Below, in pieces: positions 8,617-18,850 of a stretch of 64,000 nt of DNA. The position numbers and the translations under genes were made by a program. Position 1 is the first letter of the stretch; each line of letters starts with the position of its first letter. The DNA is from a virus, in IMG/VR virus record IMGVR_UViG_3300028581_000012. One strand, written 5' to 3'. A model generated the notes under the pieces. That model did not search any database. It was not told the DNA's origin and was given only the letters and a program-made list of their open reading frames with translations.

Positions 8617-9369
8617 TTATTCGCGACTTTTTGTCAAACTAGGTTTACTTAATATTTTGGATTGTTGTATATAATTTAATATTTTTCTTTTTGATATTGG
8701 AAGAAGAGTTTCGTTAAATGGGAAGTTATTATCGTGATTAACTTTAAAAACAATTATATTTTTGTGGATTAACGGGTCCTGTAGATTTTTAATTAATGAT
8801 TTTCTATTTTCAAACAATTCAGGTGATAAGTTGTTATCCTTAACTTCACATATTTTTTTAACTTGACATTTTAAATCTAAAGTATTTTTTTTGATTTCTT
8901 TTATAATGAATTCATATAAAAAGTTTTTGCCATTATTTTCAATAATAAATAAACCTTCTTTTTTATCAAAACTTTTTTGATTGCTAATAACTGTAAGTGA
9001 TACGGCATCGTTAACCAATTCCCAAATTGCTTTTGCTTGGTCAAAAAATTCTTGTAATTTTTGTGATGAAAATTTACAAATCCTATAGACCTCTAAAATG
9101 TCTTCTTGGGTCATTAATGGAATGTCTTGGGCTACTAAATCTGAAATTAGTATTTCTTCATCTTTTTCTTTTATTTTTTTGGTGAGCATTAAAAACTGAC
9201 CTTTTTGAATCATCAAATTTATGTTTGCCAAATGAAGCGACAAGAATTGAAAATTTGGGTATAACTTAAAGTTGGATAGGTCTTTATCTATTTTTTGTAG
9301 ATAACTTAATAAGATGTATTGTTTGTGTTCTAAATCAATAGGTTCTTGAAACGGCCAATTTGTATCCAT
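8617..9369 (-). CDS. hypothetical protein ('PIDLEHKQYILLSYLQ')
   Basis: ORF track. Confidence 0.7.
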   Translation of the reverse strand: MDTNWPFQEPIDLEHKQYILLSYLQKIDKDLSNFKLYPNFQFLSLHLANINLMIQKGQFLMLTKKIKEKDEEILISDLVAQDIPLMTQEDILEVYRICKFSSQKLQEFFDQAKAIWELVNDAVSLTVISNQKSFDKKEGLFIIENNGKNFLYEFIIKEIKKNTLDLKCQVKKICEVKDNNLSPELFENRKSLIKNLQDPLIHKNIIVFKVNHDNNFPFNETLLPISKRKILNYIQQSKILSKPSLTKSRE

Positions 9370-9409
9370 ACTAAAAAATGTAAGAAAAAGTTTCTAACCT
9401 GTAAATAAA

Positions 9410-10609
9410 TTAGTCGTATCTAATAATAATAAAATCAAGTCCATTTACATTTAATTCGTCGTGGTCACCATCATAACTTCCAAATATATTACCCCAACTA
9501 TCATGGTTAATTATAAAATTAATAACATCTCCTTGGTCGACATAATCCAAAATATCACTCTTATCAAGACCAGTTTCTTTAAAATAAGATAAAAATTCAT
9601 CTTCATTATTATCTACCCACATTTCAATAGCCTCTTCAATTTCATTTTCGTCAAAATCACCTTTTGGATTTTCTTTGATGTCTTCAATAAGTTCTTCTAA
9701 ATCAGATATTTCTTCTTCCAAACTGTTTTCAGTCTCTTCATCCAAATCTTCGTTATCAATTCTGTATTGTAGTTTAGACATTTTTTCTTCATAGATTCTA
9801 ATATAATTTTCTTGTTCTTTTGTAAGTTTTTCTTCTAATCCAAAATCTTCAGGACTATCATACATAGGTCCTTCTATATACCATCGTAACCAGTCTCTAA
9901 CCCTTTCTGAATCAAGGTGGTCTTCCCATACCCAATTTGCAAATGCATCATAACCTAATTCATCAATTCTAGATTCAATAGCTTCTCGAGCATTTTGTTC
10001 AATTGTTCTTGAATCAAAAACTATGTATTCATTTTCCATACCTTCTTCTCCTAACCACGTAAATGATTTACCACCATAATGGTTATAATTGTTAGGATAT
10101 AAGTTATATTTGTCTTCCAAAACTATTTCACCGTCTTCTTCAATTTCTTGGGGGTAGTTATTATTTTCTAAGTATTCATATAAAGCTTCTGTTTGGTAAG
10201 ATATTAATTTTTTATTATTTATATTCCAAGCGTCTTCTTTTCTTAATTGGTCTAAATAATTGAGTCTTTTTTGTAGTTCTTTTTGTTTTCTAATAATTTC
10301 TCTTCTACTTCCATAGTCTATAATACTTTTAGCTTTATCTTTGTCAAAAACGTCAACGTTAGAATATGATATATCTAAATCACCATTTATCTTTGATATT
10401 AAATTAAGATTTTGAATGTCTTTATTGTTATTAAGATTCAAATTTCCGTCAATTATAATTTTTTTGTTTCTATATTGAGGTAATCTAAGAATATTTGCAA
10501 CATCATCATTCACATACTTCAATAGTTCTAAAAATTCGCTAGGTGAAATAATTACTTCATCTTGCTCGTTTTCTAAAATTATATTTCTGATAATATTTTT
10601 ATATGACAT
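9410..10609 (-). CDS. acidic hypothetical protein with leader and GNLNL/GDLDI short repeats
   Basis: ORF track; TATTTAT upstream. Confidence 0.75.
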   Translation of the reverse strand: MSYKNIIRNIILENEQDEVIISPSEFLELLKYVNDDVANILRLPQYRNKKIIIDGNLNLNNNKDIQNLNLISKINGDLDISYSNVDVFDKDKAKSIIDYGSRREIIRKQKELQKRLNYLDQLRKEDAWNINNKKLISYQTEALYEYLENNNYPQEIEEDGEIVLEDKYNLYPNNYNHYGGKSFTWLGEEGMENEYIVFDSRTIEQNAREAIESRIDELGYDAFANWVWEDHLDSERVRDWLRWYIEGPMYDSPEDFGLEEKLTKEQENYIRIYEEKMSKLQYRIDNEDLDEETENSLEEEISDLEELIEDIKENPKGDFDENEIEEAIEMWVDNNEDEFLSYFKETGLDKSDILDYVDQGDVINFIINHDSWGNIFGSYDGDHDELNVNGLDFIIIRYD

Positions 10610-10713
10610 ATTTTATAAATATTACAAAAAAAAGAATTGATTAATTCAAAAAATGATTTAAAGTTTTAAACAAAGATATTTATAATAAAATAAACTAATT
10701 AAAAATTATAACC

Positions 10714-10860
10714 ATGGCAGGATGCGGATGTAAAAACAATCAACAACAAACACAAACTCAAACACAAACTCAACAAACTCAAACACAAGCACAACAAACA
10801 ACACAAACTGTTAAAAGTGCCGTAACAAAAATTGTTGAAAAGTATTACAACAAAAAGTAA
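10714..10860 (+). CDS. 48-aa MAGCGCK / Gln-Thr-rich peptide, not in ORF track
   Basis: Translated by hand; TATTTAT at 10677-10683. Confidence 0.65.
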   Translation: MAGCGCKNNQQQTQTQTQTQQTQTQAQQTTQTVKSAVTKIVEKYYNKK

Positions 10861-10922
10861 TTAGTATTTAACTTAATTTTTTTTTACATAAGATTGTAAA
10901 AATAAAAAGTTAAATATTAAAA

Positions 10923-11774
10923 ATGTCACAAATAGAAATCAACAATCCATTAGATGGAAAAAGATTATGTAATGCTTTAGCGGATTTACTTGTAAAAAAA
11001 TTTGAAGAAACAACTCCTGGGTGTAAAACTGAAATAACAGTATTTAACCACAGGAGTTTTTTTATTGTGAATGGTTTTACAACCTCAACTAAAACAATAA
11101 ACATTGCAGACTTATTCAAAAATTATCTCAAAAATTTTAATGATAAGATGTATGAAACTATCAAAGTAATTGATATTATCAAATTTGTGGATGTTTTAGT
11201 TGTAAATCCACTAAACATTAATTTTAATTACAATAAAAATTATGATAGTATTCAAAAGGAACTATGTTTATTAGTGGATGAATTTTTCAATAATGGAATC
11301 AAAGTAAACTTAAAGTTAGATTTAAAAAATAAAATAATGTTTTATCAAGCAAATAATAGTGAGTCCTTATTTGTTGAAAAGTTAAATTTAAAGTATCCTG
11401 AATATAAGTTAATTAAGTATAATTTTGATAATATAGAATACAGTTCAGATAAAAAATATGGTTTATCTTTTGGAAGTGAAAAATTATATTATTTTTTAGG
11501 TGACTACATATCAAATCATTTATTTAATAAATCAATATCTAATAAATTAAAATTTTGTATGTATAGTGATGAAAATTTTAAAGATATTAATTCAGAAAAT
11601 ATTATTTTTAAAATATCAAATAATGACCATATTGTTAAAACAGAATGGTTAGAGTCTTTAGTTTTAGATGTATTCCCATTTGATTCAGGTTCATTACTTA
11701 ATACTTTCACTGAAGAAAATTTAGAAACAAAAACTAAAGAACTTAATTTAATTAATGAACTTATATTATTCTGA
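10923..11774 (+). CDS. degenerate S-adenosylmethionine synthetase (MetK)-like protein
   Basis: N-terminus and C-terminus echo MetK segment patterns, but GHPDK and GGGAFSGKD are absent. Confidence 0.5.
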   Translation: MSQIEINNPLDGKRLCNALADLLVKKFEETTPGCKTEITVFNHRSFFIVNGFTTSTKTINIADLFKNYLKNFNDKMYETIKVIDIIKFVDVLVVNPLNINFNYNKNYDSIQKELCLLVDEFFNNGIKVNLKLDLKNKIMFYQANNSESLFVEKLNLKYPEYKLIKYNFDNIEYSSDKKYGLSFGSEKLYYFLGDYISNHLFNKSISNKLKFCMYSDENFKDINSENIIFKISNNDHIVKTEWLESLVLDVFPFDSGSLLNTFTEENLETKTKELNLINELILF

Positions 11775-12056
11775 CAAATATTTACGGACCAACTCTAAAG
11801 CCTCTGTTACGCCTTCGTAGTCGTCATCAGGGGCTAAAAGTTTAACGTTTGAATAATCTTCATTATTTTCTTCCAATGTCATTAACATAAGTGCCGGAAC
11901 ATATTCATTATTTTTAGCTTCAGCAAACGCTCCATACTCCTCTTCATATTCGTAAATATCTCTATCCACATAAGGTATGTTGTGTTCATCAAACAACTCT
12001 TTAATATGAACACAATGAGGACAACTTTTCATACTAAATAAAATTACTACTTTCAT
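11766..12056 (-). CDS. glutaredoxin-like protein
   Basis: CPHC and 'YVPAL' cis-Pro motif. Confidence 0.88.
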   Translation of the reverse strand: MKVVILFSMKSCPHCVHIKELFDEHNIPYVDRDIYEYEEEYGAFAEAKNNEYVPALMLMTLEENNEDYSNVKLLAPDDDYEGVTEALELVRKYLSE

Positions 12057-12394
12057 ATACTATCTATTGTAAAATATTTATTTAAACCTAATAATAAAAT
12101 ATCTATTTTGGATACGTTATCTGTCAAGATATTTATTTTATAGGTCATTTCATTTTTATTTTTTTGGAAAAAAATTAAAATCTCATGTTTACTCCACCTA
12201 ATGGTGCCTTCAATATACTGATGTTTTGTATCATATACCGAATTAGACCAAATAAGATTTCCTTTAGTTATTAACTGATTTAAACCTTCGTTTGTTATAT
12301 TTTTTGTTCTAACACAATTTGGTCTCAAATTGTTTTCAAACAATGATTTAAAAATGTCATAAACATATTCTGGAACAAATTCTTCTTTTTCCAT
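12053..12394 (-). CDS. hypothetical protein
   Basis: ORF track. Confidence 0.65.
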   Translation of the reverse strand: MEKEEFVPEYVYDIFKSLFENNLRPNCVRTKNITNEGLNQLITKGNLIWSNSVYDTKHQYIEGTIRWSKHEILIFFQKNKNEMTYKINILTDNVSKIDILLLGLNKYFTIDSI

Positions 12395-12414
12395 AGTAAA
12401 AAATAATAAGTCAT

Positions 12415-14130
12415 TTAAGGAAGTAAATCTTCAAAAAAATTGTTGCCTTCTAATTGTAAATATTGTTCATCTAAAATTTGATGTTGCCAAGTACTAAATT
12501 CTTCTGTTTCATTTTCCCATCTTGGCATTAAAGCAACTATTCTTGTCCCTAAATGTTCAGAACTTTTGAATGTAGAAACTTGTTCAACAACTTTTCCGTT
12601 TCTATACTTTTTAACCATTTTAGGTAGTTTTAAAGTACCTAACTTATAAAGTAGGTTGATATTTGCCAATTGAATGTTTGCAACTTCTGAAAATTCTAAT
12701 GATGGTTGGTAGTTGTATTTAGCTCTTTCTTGAACATTCAATACTTCATCACTCCTGAATATATACTCAACAGTAATTCTGTCGTCCCCATCTTTAGAAT
12801 CTTTTCTAATTGAAAAAATTATGCTGTCAGCCCTTTCAACATATGTTCTTACACAATTTTTTTGATGTTGTGATTCTTTTTCGTAATCCCAAGAAGTTTT
12901 CAATAAAACTGGATAATAGGTTTCACCTTTATGTTCTATTGGTTTTTCTAAATCATCTATATTTCCGTAAAATCTTTCAATTTCCCCCGTTCTATAAGAC
13001 TGAATTAATCTACTCCATTCTTCATGTTCTACATTGAATTCGTGAATTGAGTTGAATTTCATTTTTACATTTTCTCCAAGTTTTGTTAATTTCCTTTTGA
13101 AATTAATATGCTCACATAATGTTGAATACAAATAATTGTCCATATTTTCACACAACAGAACAATCCTATCTTTTTCTTTATCCGTTAGTTCTAGACCTTC
13201 AAACAAATAATTGTCCTGATGTGGTTGTGTTAGATGATACCAATCAGATGGTGACTCTTCCTCGTTTAATTTTATTTCGTTATTTGTTTTGAAAATTTTT
13301 TCATTTAGTTTGTTAAATCTATCAATACCCAAAAGGTGGTAAAGGCATATCATTTTTTCAAAATTTAAAAGTTTAATCTCATTCAGCATTTTTTTAGCTT
13401 TATTTCCTTTAATTTTTAATGCCCCCATAAATGTGTCTACAAGGTTCATATTGTTTTTTCTTAAATCTTTAAGAGAAACAAAAGTACCTGAAAACTTAAT
13501 CCATTCATTTGGTAACTTCACTCCCTGTATAAGGTATTTTGTTAAACTATAAAATGAATAAACGTTATTTGTTTTGAAGTTTTGAGGATTTTTTAGTTCT
13601 AACTTTTCCCAAATTTTTCCTAAAAAAAAGTATATGTAACTTTGTGAGTCAACTGTTTCGTGAATTTTTAACGCATATGTTATATTAAAAATATTATTAC
13701 AAGTCGGATTTACTTTCATTGAGGTTCCGATTTTCTTTTTGTTTTTACCATTAAAGGTTCCAAGATAAAACATTTTTGTTTTAAAATTGAATGACAAAAA
13801 GTTAGTCTGTTTTCTAACAACAAAATATCTATTTGATAAAATCCTATAACGTGTATAAACTTGAGACTTTAAGGAAATTGAATCTTCACTTTCTTCAACA
13901 AATATTCTTCTTCTCTGAAAGGATAAGTCAGCCATTAAATTACCATAGTTTTTTTCATAATCTACCTCATCAAAAGATTGGTAATCATCAAAATATTTTA
14001 ATTCTTTTTTTGTGACATAATTATCAACTTTTTCTACGGGTTCTACAGGACAATAGTTTTTGAAAACTCTTGTATTATATGATTTAATTTCAAGAAATTT
14101 ATGAAATGTTTTACCTTCTACTTTTAGCAT
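12415..14130 (-). CDS. PcfJ-like domain protein
   Basis: C-terminal 'EKESQHQKNCVRTY..IFSIR..RITVEY..Q.RAKYN'; start moved to MLKVEG after TACATTTG (14136-14143). Confidence 0.75.
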   Translation of the reverse strand: MLKVEGKTFHKFLEIKSYNTRVFKNYCPVEPVEKVDNYVTKKELKYFDDYQSFDEVDYEKNYGNLMADLSFQRRRIFVEESEDSISLKSQVYTRYRILSNRYFVVRKQTNFLSFNFKTKMFYLGTFNGKNKKKIGTSMKVNPTCNNIFNITYALKIHETVDSQSYIYFFLGKIWEKLELKNPQNFKTNNVYSFYSLTKYLIQGVKLPNEWIKFSGTFVSLKDLRKNNMNLVDTFMGALKIKGNKAKKMLNEIKLLNFEKMICLYHLLGIDRFNKLNEKIFKTNNEIKLNEEESPSDWYHLTQPHQDNYLFEGLELTDKEKDRIVLLCENMDNYLYSTLCEHINFKRKLTKLGENVKMKFNSIHEFNVEHEEWSRLIQSYRTGEIERFYGNIDDLEKPIEHKGETYYPVLLKTSWDYEKESQHQKNCVRTYVERADSIIFSIRKDSKDGDDRITVEYIFRSDEVLNVQERAKYNYQPSLEFSEVANIQLANINLLYKLGTLKLPKMVKKYRNGKVVEQVSTFKSSEHLGTRIVALMPRWENETEEFSTWQHQILDEQYLQLEGNNFFEDLLP

Positions 14131-14167
14131 AATTACAAATGTATATATAATTTTAAAATAAAAAAAA

Positions 14168-14455
14168 TTAGTTAAGTGATATTTTACCCATATGGTGGTC
14201 CATAAATGTACCCACAATTTTGTCTAACTTTTTGACGGTTGCGTTTTTTTGAACTTCAAGAATAATTTCTATCATTTGTTTTCTTGTTGGTGCTAACTCC
14301 TTTTCATCCTTTTCATTTGTTTCAACAATTTTTCTTATTTTCTGAAAGAAAATATTGCTGTCATTGTCACCAATAAGTATTTTTAATTGTTCGGGATTTT
14401 TGTCAAAAAACTTGACAAGATTTGTCATATAAATTTCAATATCAACATTACTCAT
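14168..14455 (-). CDS. hypothetical protein
   Basis: ORF track; TAACTTTG element at 14460-14467. Confidence 0.7.
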   Translation of the reverse strand: MSNVDIEIYMTNLVKFFDKNPEQLKILIGDNDSNIFFQKIRKIVETNEKDEKELAPTRKQMIEIILEVQKNATVKKLDKIVGTFMDHHMGKISLN

Positions 14456-14494
14456 AAGACAAAGTTAATAAAACTCTTCTTAAATGTAAAATTT

Positions 14495-15856
14495 TTAGAA
14501 GAAAATATGTAATGGTGAATCATCACTAATGTTTTGTAAACTTTCAGGTAACGCATCTTTATTACTTCCTTTAAGATTAATAATAGAAAGTCTTGGTAAT
14601 TCTGAAATACAATCAGGTAATCTTTGTAACTCTGGGTTATCAGGTAAAGACAAGAATTGTAGTTTTTGAAGATTACAAATTGAATCCGGTAACGACACAA
14701 CACAACCAACTAAGTGGATAGCCGTAAGATTTGTTAATTCACCAATACTTTGTGGGAATTTGAATTTCAATTCTGCACCTTTAGCTATAATTTCAAGTCT
14801 TGTAATGGTTTTAGGTAAACTGTTAATAAATTCTTCAGTTCCGTATAATGCCATAAATTTGGATGCTGGGTCTCTTGGGTAATCAACAGTGGCTTTGTTT
14901 TTATCAACACCTTGCATAATATTTTCCATCATTTCAGGTTTGAAATATGTTTTCAAATCTTCATTTTTCTTTAAAAACTCAACAAGGTCAATTTGCCTGT
15001 CATCTGCGTCCATAAACTGTTTGTCTTGGAAATGGAATTGGTATCTATTTGCAGGTAAACCTGATATGTCACCTACTTCTTTACCATAGCCTTTAAATGG
15101 TGTTGGTGAATTTGGAATAACAACATAAAGTGGTCCTTTTGATAAATAAGATTTCCAATAACTAAGACCAGGTGAAGATGTACACCATCTTGTTTCACCT
15201 TTAATTGGTTCGTTGTGGGAACCACCATAAAAACAAGCGGCATCTTTACCTAAATCATCAGTTCTTGTAATTTTTACCACTGTCCAATTAGAAAGTCTTG
15301 TAACATTATCGGCACCTGGATGTGAATATGTTTGTGAGGCTTCTTTTTTCTCTTCTTTAGATGCCTTGGTTTTTTCTAAACTAAAATCTTTTACTTGGTC
15401 GTAAAGTGTCTGTGGTGTTAGTTTATTGATGTCTCTATATTCTTGTGGTAATTTGTTTTTGTTTCTTTCAAACTTCATCAAATCTTGAGTTGTTTTATAC
15501 AAATCTTCTAAAAACAAATCTTGCCATTCCTTAATTGCTTGTTTTACCGCAGGACTATTAGGGTCGGTAACTCCACTTTGAAATTCAATTTTTGGTGATA
15601 CAAAGTTTTTCAATAACCATTGGGTGTACTTACCAATTTTAACGTTCTCCATTTTTTCAGCAGTAACATTATCTTCAGTCATGCCATCAGGAATTTTTGA
15701 TGTGGGGTCTCCTGCGATAATTTTAAATAATACTTGTAAAGGCATCATTCCTTTTTGCCCTCTTTCCTTTGGTTTAACGTATTTGTCAAAAAGAACTTGA
15801 AATCTTGAACTTTCAAGAATTATATCTCTTAAAATATTGGTAAATCTAATAGCCAT
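14495..15856 (-). CDS. leucine-rich-repeat protein with jumbo-phage N-terminal domain and leader
   Basis: C-terminal LRRs (FPQSIGELTNL, LPDSICNLQKLQFLSL, LPDCISELPRL); 'AACFYGG..TRWCTS' domain. Confidence 0.82.
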   Translation of the reverse strand: MAIRFTNILRDIILESSRFQVLFDKYVKPKERGQKGMMPLQVLFKIIAGDPTSKIPDGMTEDNVTAEKMENVKIGKYTQWLLKNFVSPKIEFQSGVTDPNSPAVKQAIKEWQDLFLEDLYKTTQDLMKFERNKNKLPQEYRDINKLTPQTLYDQVKDFSLEKTKASKEEKKEASQTYSHPGADNVTRLSNWTVVKITRTDDLGKDAACFYGGSHNEPIKGETRWCTSSPGLSYWKSYLSKGPLYVVIPNSPTPFKGYGKEVGDISGLPANRYQFHFQDKQFMDADDRQIDLVEFLKKNEDLKTYFKPEMMENIMQGVDKNKATVDYPRDPASKFMALYGTEEFINSLPKTITRLEIIAKGAELKFKFPQSIGELTNLTAIHLVGCVVSLPDSICNLQKLQFLSLPDNPELQRLPDCISELPRLSIINLKGSNKDALPESLQNISDDSPLHIFF

Positions 15857-15902
15857 CTTAATTATTTTATATATAAATATTATGATTTAAAGAAAACGAT
15901 AA

Positions 15903-16751
15903 TTAATAGTTCATTATTAGTAGTTCTTCTCCCATGTTTTGTTTTTCACCTTTCTTTGCCGCTGCCGCTTTAGCAAACTCTTTTTTAACCCAAGTGTATT
16001 GGTCTTCAGGAAACCATTGGTGTAATAATTCAAAATCATAATACGATAAAGAAAACTTACCTTGAACATTATGTAATACATTAGCAAGTCTTTCGTGGTC
16101 TTGTCTATCAAAATCGTGATTTGAGTAATATTTCCCTTCACCAACGATATAATACGGCGGGTCAACATAAAAATATGTCGTAGGTGAGTCATATTTTGTG
16201 ATTACATCTCCAAAATCCATATTTTCAACATCAGTAATTTTAAGAAAATGTTCAATGTAATTACTATCCATTAATTTATTTTTAAATGATGTGAATTTTG
16301 AGTGATATTTACCTTTTAAATCAATAAATTTGGATTTTTCAGGATTTGCCCCCGAGAACACTTGACTTAAAACGTATGCATATTTTGCCGCAGTTTTATA
16401 GTCACCAGTCTCTACGTTGAAATTTTCATTGAATAATTCAGCCTGAAAGTTGATAAATTGTTCTTCACATATTGGGTTAGTTGGTGTAATCCCTTTTTGT
16501 TGAACAACTAATTTTTCACATTCTTCTAACAATCTTTTTGGGTTCCTTATGCAATAAAATAGATTGTAATTTAAAGGGTTATAGTCATTATATACAACTT
16601 TATTTAAATTAGGATAATTTTTTAAATCCATTTTAAGGAAAACCCAAAACATTCCGCTAAAACTTTCAACGTATGTTTCAATATCATTAGGAATATAAGG
16701 TATGATGAATGATGAAATTTTGGATTTACCTCCGATATAACTTAGTGCCAT
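15903..16751 (-). CDS. Dam-like (D12 class) DNA adenine methyltransferase
   Basis: YIGGKS, YVESFSG, 'FYVDPPY'. Confidence 0.9.
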   Translation of the reverse strand: MALSYIGGKSKISSFIIPYIPNDIETYVESFSGMFWVFLKMDLKNYPNLNKVVYNDYNPLNYNLFYCIRNPKRLLEECEKLVVQQKGITPTNPICEEQFINFQAELFNENFNVETGDYKTAAKYAYVLSQVFSGANPEKSKFIDLKGKYHSKFTSFKNKLMDSNYIEHFLKITDVENMDFGDVITKYDSPTTYFYVDPPYYIVGEGKYYSNHDFDRQDHERLANVLHNVQGKFSLSYYDFELLHQWFPEDQYTWVKKEFAKAAAAKKGEKQNMGEELLIMNY

Positions 16752-16886
16752 TTATTTAATTTCTTTAAACTTTGTTAATTTTCTTTCTAAAAAAGTGAAT
16801 GCATTTGAGTAAATATAATTCTTAAAATTCATAAAGTCCATTTTTTTAATATTTATTTTCAACTAACTGATAATTAAATTATAGGT

Positions 16887-17042
16887 ATGAAAAAAGAAAA
16901 AGCAACAGAAGTAGGATGTAGTGCATGTAAAAAAGGCATGTCAGGTTCACAAAAATGGATTACAGTCTTGGCGGTTTATATGTTAATTGCCGCAGTTTAC
17001 GGAACAGTTGAAATGGTTAAAAATATTATATCTTTATTTTAA
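16887..17042 (+). CDS. 51-aa CxxC + single TM peptide, not in ORF track
   Basis: Translated by hand: MKKEKATEVGCSACKKG..WITVLAVYMLIAAVYG. Confidence 0.6.
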   Translation: MKKEKATEVGCSACKKGMSGSQKWITVLAVYMLIAAVYGTVEMVKNIISLF

Positions 17043-18005
17043 GATATTTTCTATTTGTTCTTTTTGTTCGTTTGTAAGTGTTATGGTATTTGTAATACTT
17101 AACTTTACGTACAGATTACCAATCCCATTATTGAGTTTATAACCCTTACCGACCAATTTAAGAGGTTTATCTGTGTCAAAATTATCAGGTAGATTTATTT
17201 TAATATTACCGTCGGGATGTGGTATTTCTATTTCACCATTTAATAACAAGTCTTTAAAATTCAACTTTAAATAATAAACCAAGTCTGCGTTAGATTTTTC
17301 AAAATTATTATGTTTAATACAAACAACCTTTAAAATTAAATCACCTTTACCTAATCCAGGTATTTCGTCACCTATCCCCCTCATTCTCATAAAATCACCA
17401 TTATCAACATTTTTGGGAATTTGGACATTAAATTTTGTGTGGTTAGATGTCACTCCGTTTCCATAACAAAACCCACAAGCATCTATTAAGTATTCACCAA
17501 CACCTTTACAATCCGTACAAGTTGCTTGTATTTGTGTTTTGAAAAATCCTGTACCTACAGTTTGGACGGTAAACCCTCTACCTGCACATCTACTACAGAC
17601 TTTTTTAGTACCACCAGTTCCATTACAACTATTACAAGATTTATTAACATCAACTTCTATTGTTTTTTCAACACCTTTATAAGATTCTTCTGCACTAATA
17701 ACAATTTCAATAACTTTATCTGCCGGTTTTGGTTTCCTTTTGGATTGTCCCATCATTTCCTCAAAAATAGACCCAAATCCAAAATCGCCACCACCACCAA
17801 ATGGGTTCCTCCTTTTCATATCGTAGTCACCTCTTTTTTTGTCATCCCCTAAAGTGTCATACGCTTCAGAAATCTCTTTAAACTTTTCTTCACCTTCAGG
17901 GTTTACATCCGGATGGTATTGCTTACTTAATTTTTTATATGTTTTTTTTATATCTTCTTGTGTTGCGGTTTCAGAAACACCTAATATTTCATAATAGTTT
18001 TTCAT
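17034..18005 (-). CDS. dnaJ: DnaJ chaperone
   Basis: J-domain with HPD; four CxxCxGxG repeats; C-terminal domain. Confidence 0.95.
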   Translation of the reverse strand: MKNYYEILGVSETATQEDIKKTYKKLSKQYHPDVNPEGEEKFKEISEAYDTLGDDKKRGDYDMKRRNPFGGGGDFGFGSIFEEMMGQSKRKPKPADKVIEIVISAEESYKGVEKTIEVDVNKSCNSCNGTGGTKKVCSRCAGRGFTVQTVGTGFFKTQIQATCTDCKGVGEYLIDACGFCYGNGVTSNHTKFNVQIPKNVDNGDFMRMRGIGDEIPGLGKGDLILKVVCIKHNNFEKSNADLVYYLKLNFKDLLLNGEIEIPHPDGNIKINLPDNFDTDKPLKLVGKGYKLNNGIGNLYVKLSITNTITLTNEQKEQIENILK

Positions 18006-18006
18006 A

Positions 18007-18648
18007 ATGTCAAATTATATTGTCGTACTTTTTAAGAATAAGAAAAAAAGAAAAATTATCAAACGTTATTTAACAGAAAAAAACGCGATAGATTCTTTTA
18101 AAGAATTGGTTAACAAAAATCAAAAAATCTTATTTGATAAAAAAATTGAAAACGCAACTCCGGTTGATTATCATATTGGTCTTTTAACAAACCAATCCAG
18201 TGTTCAAAATACACTTTATTTTGTTGATGATTTAGGTAGAAACCACGTTGCAAATTTACAAGATAAAGATTATGTTTTTTTAAAAATAGAAAAATTTAAA
18301 ATTGAAGAAAAAATATACGACTATCAAAAAAAAGATAAAATAACTTTTGAAGATTTTATAAATTCGTATTGTAAAAGTAATGAACTCAAAAACATTTTTT
18401 CACTGAACAACAAAATTTGTATTCAGATTAATGAAGATGTTTATCTTTTTTCATTAAAAGAAATTGAAGAGTCCCATAGGTTTTTAGACATCTTGGAAAA
18501 ACATTTTTATGAAAACTCAAGAAATGATGCAATCATTGTAAGAGATGTATCAATTTCTCAAAGAAAATGGATTTATAATATTTTAGTTGAAAAGGGTTAC
18601 AATAAAAGAAACCTATATAGACAAAAAACTACTTTCTCAAAAAGGTAA
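18007..18648 (+). CDS. hypothetical protein (counter-oriented)
   Basis: ORF track, 213 aa. Confidence 0.7.
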   Translation: MSNYIVVLFKNKKKRKIIKRYLTEKNAIDSFKELVNKNQKILFDKKIENATPVDYHIGLLTNQSSVQNTLYFVDDLGRNHVANLQDKDYVFLKIEKFKIEEKIYDYQKKDKITFEDFINSYCKSNELKNIFSLNNKICIQINEDVYLFSLKEIEESHRFLDILEKHFYENSRNDAIIVRDVSISQRKWIYNILVEKGYNKRNLYRQKTTFSKR

Positions 18649-18850
18649 ATTCCAAATTAGATATTTGAATTACACATTTTTTTTCGTTTTGATTAATCAT
18701 TAGGTGTTGTAATAGATTAGAAAAGGTGCCTTCATCCAAAGACACCTTTACTTCAACTTTTTCATTTTTTATAAAAGAACTTTCAATTAAATCTGAAACC
18801 TGAGCCAGTTTTTCTAAGTCATCCCTAAAGCTTGCTTGATTCTCTCCCAT
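18629..18850 (-). CDS. hypothetical protein
   Basis: ORF track. Confidence 0.6.
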   Translation of the reverse strand: MGENQASFRDDLEKLAQVSDLIESSFIKNEKVEVKVSLDEGTFSNLLQHLMINQNEKKCVIQISNLEFTFLRK

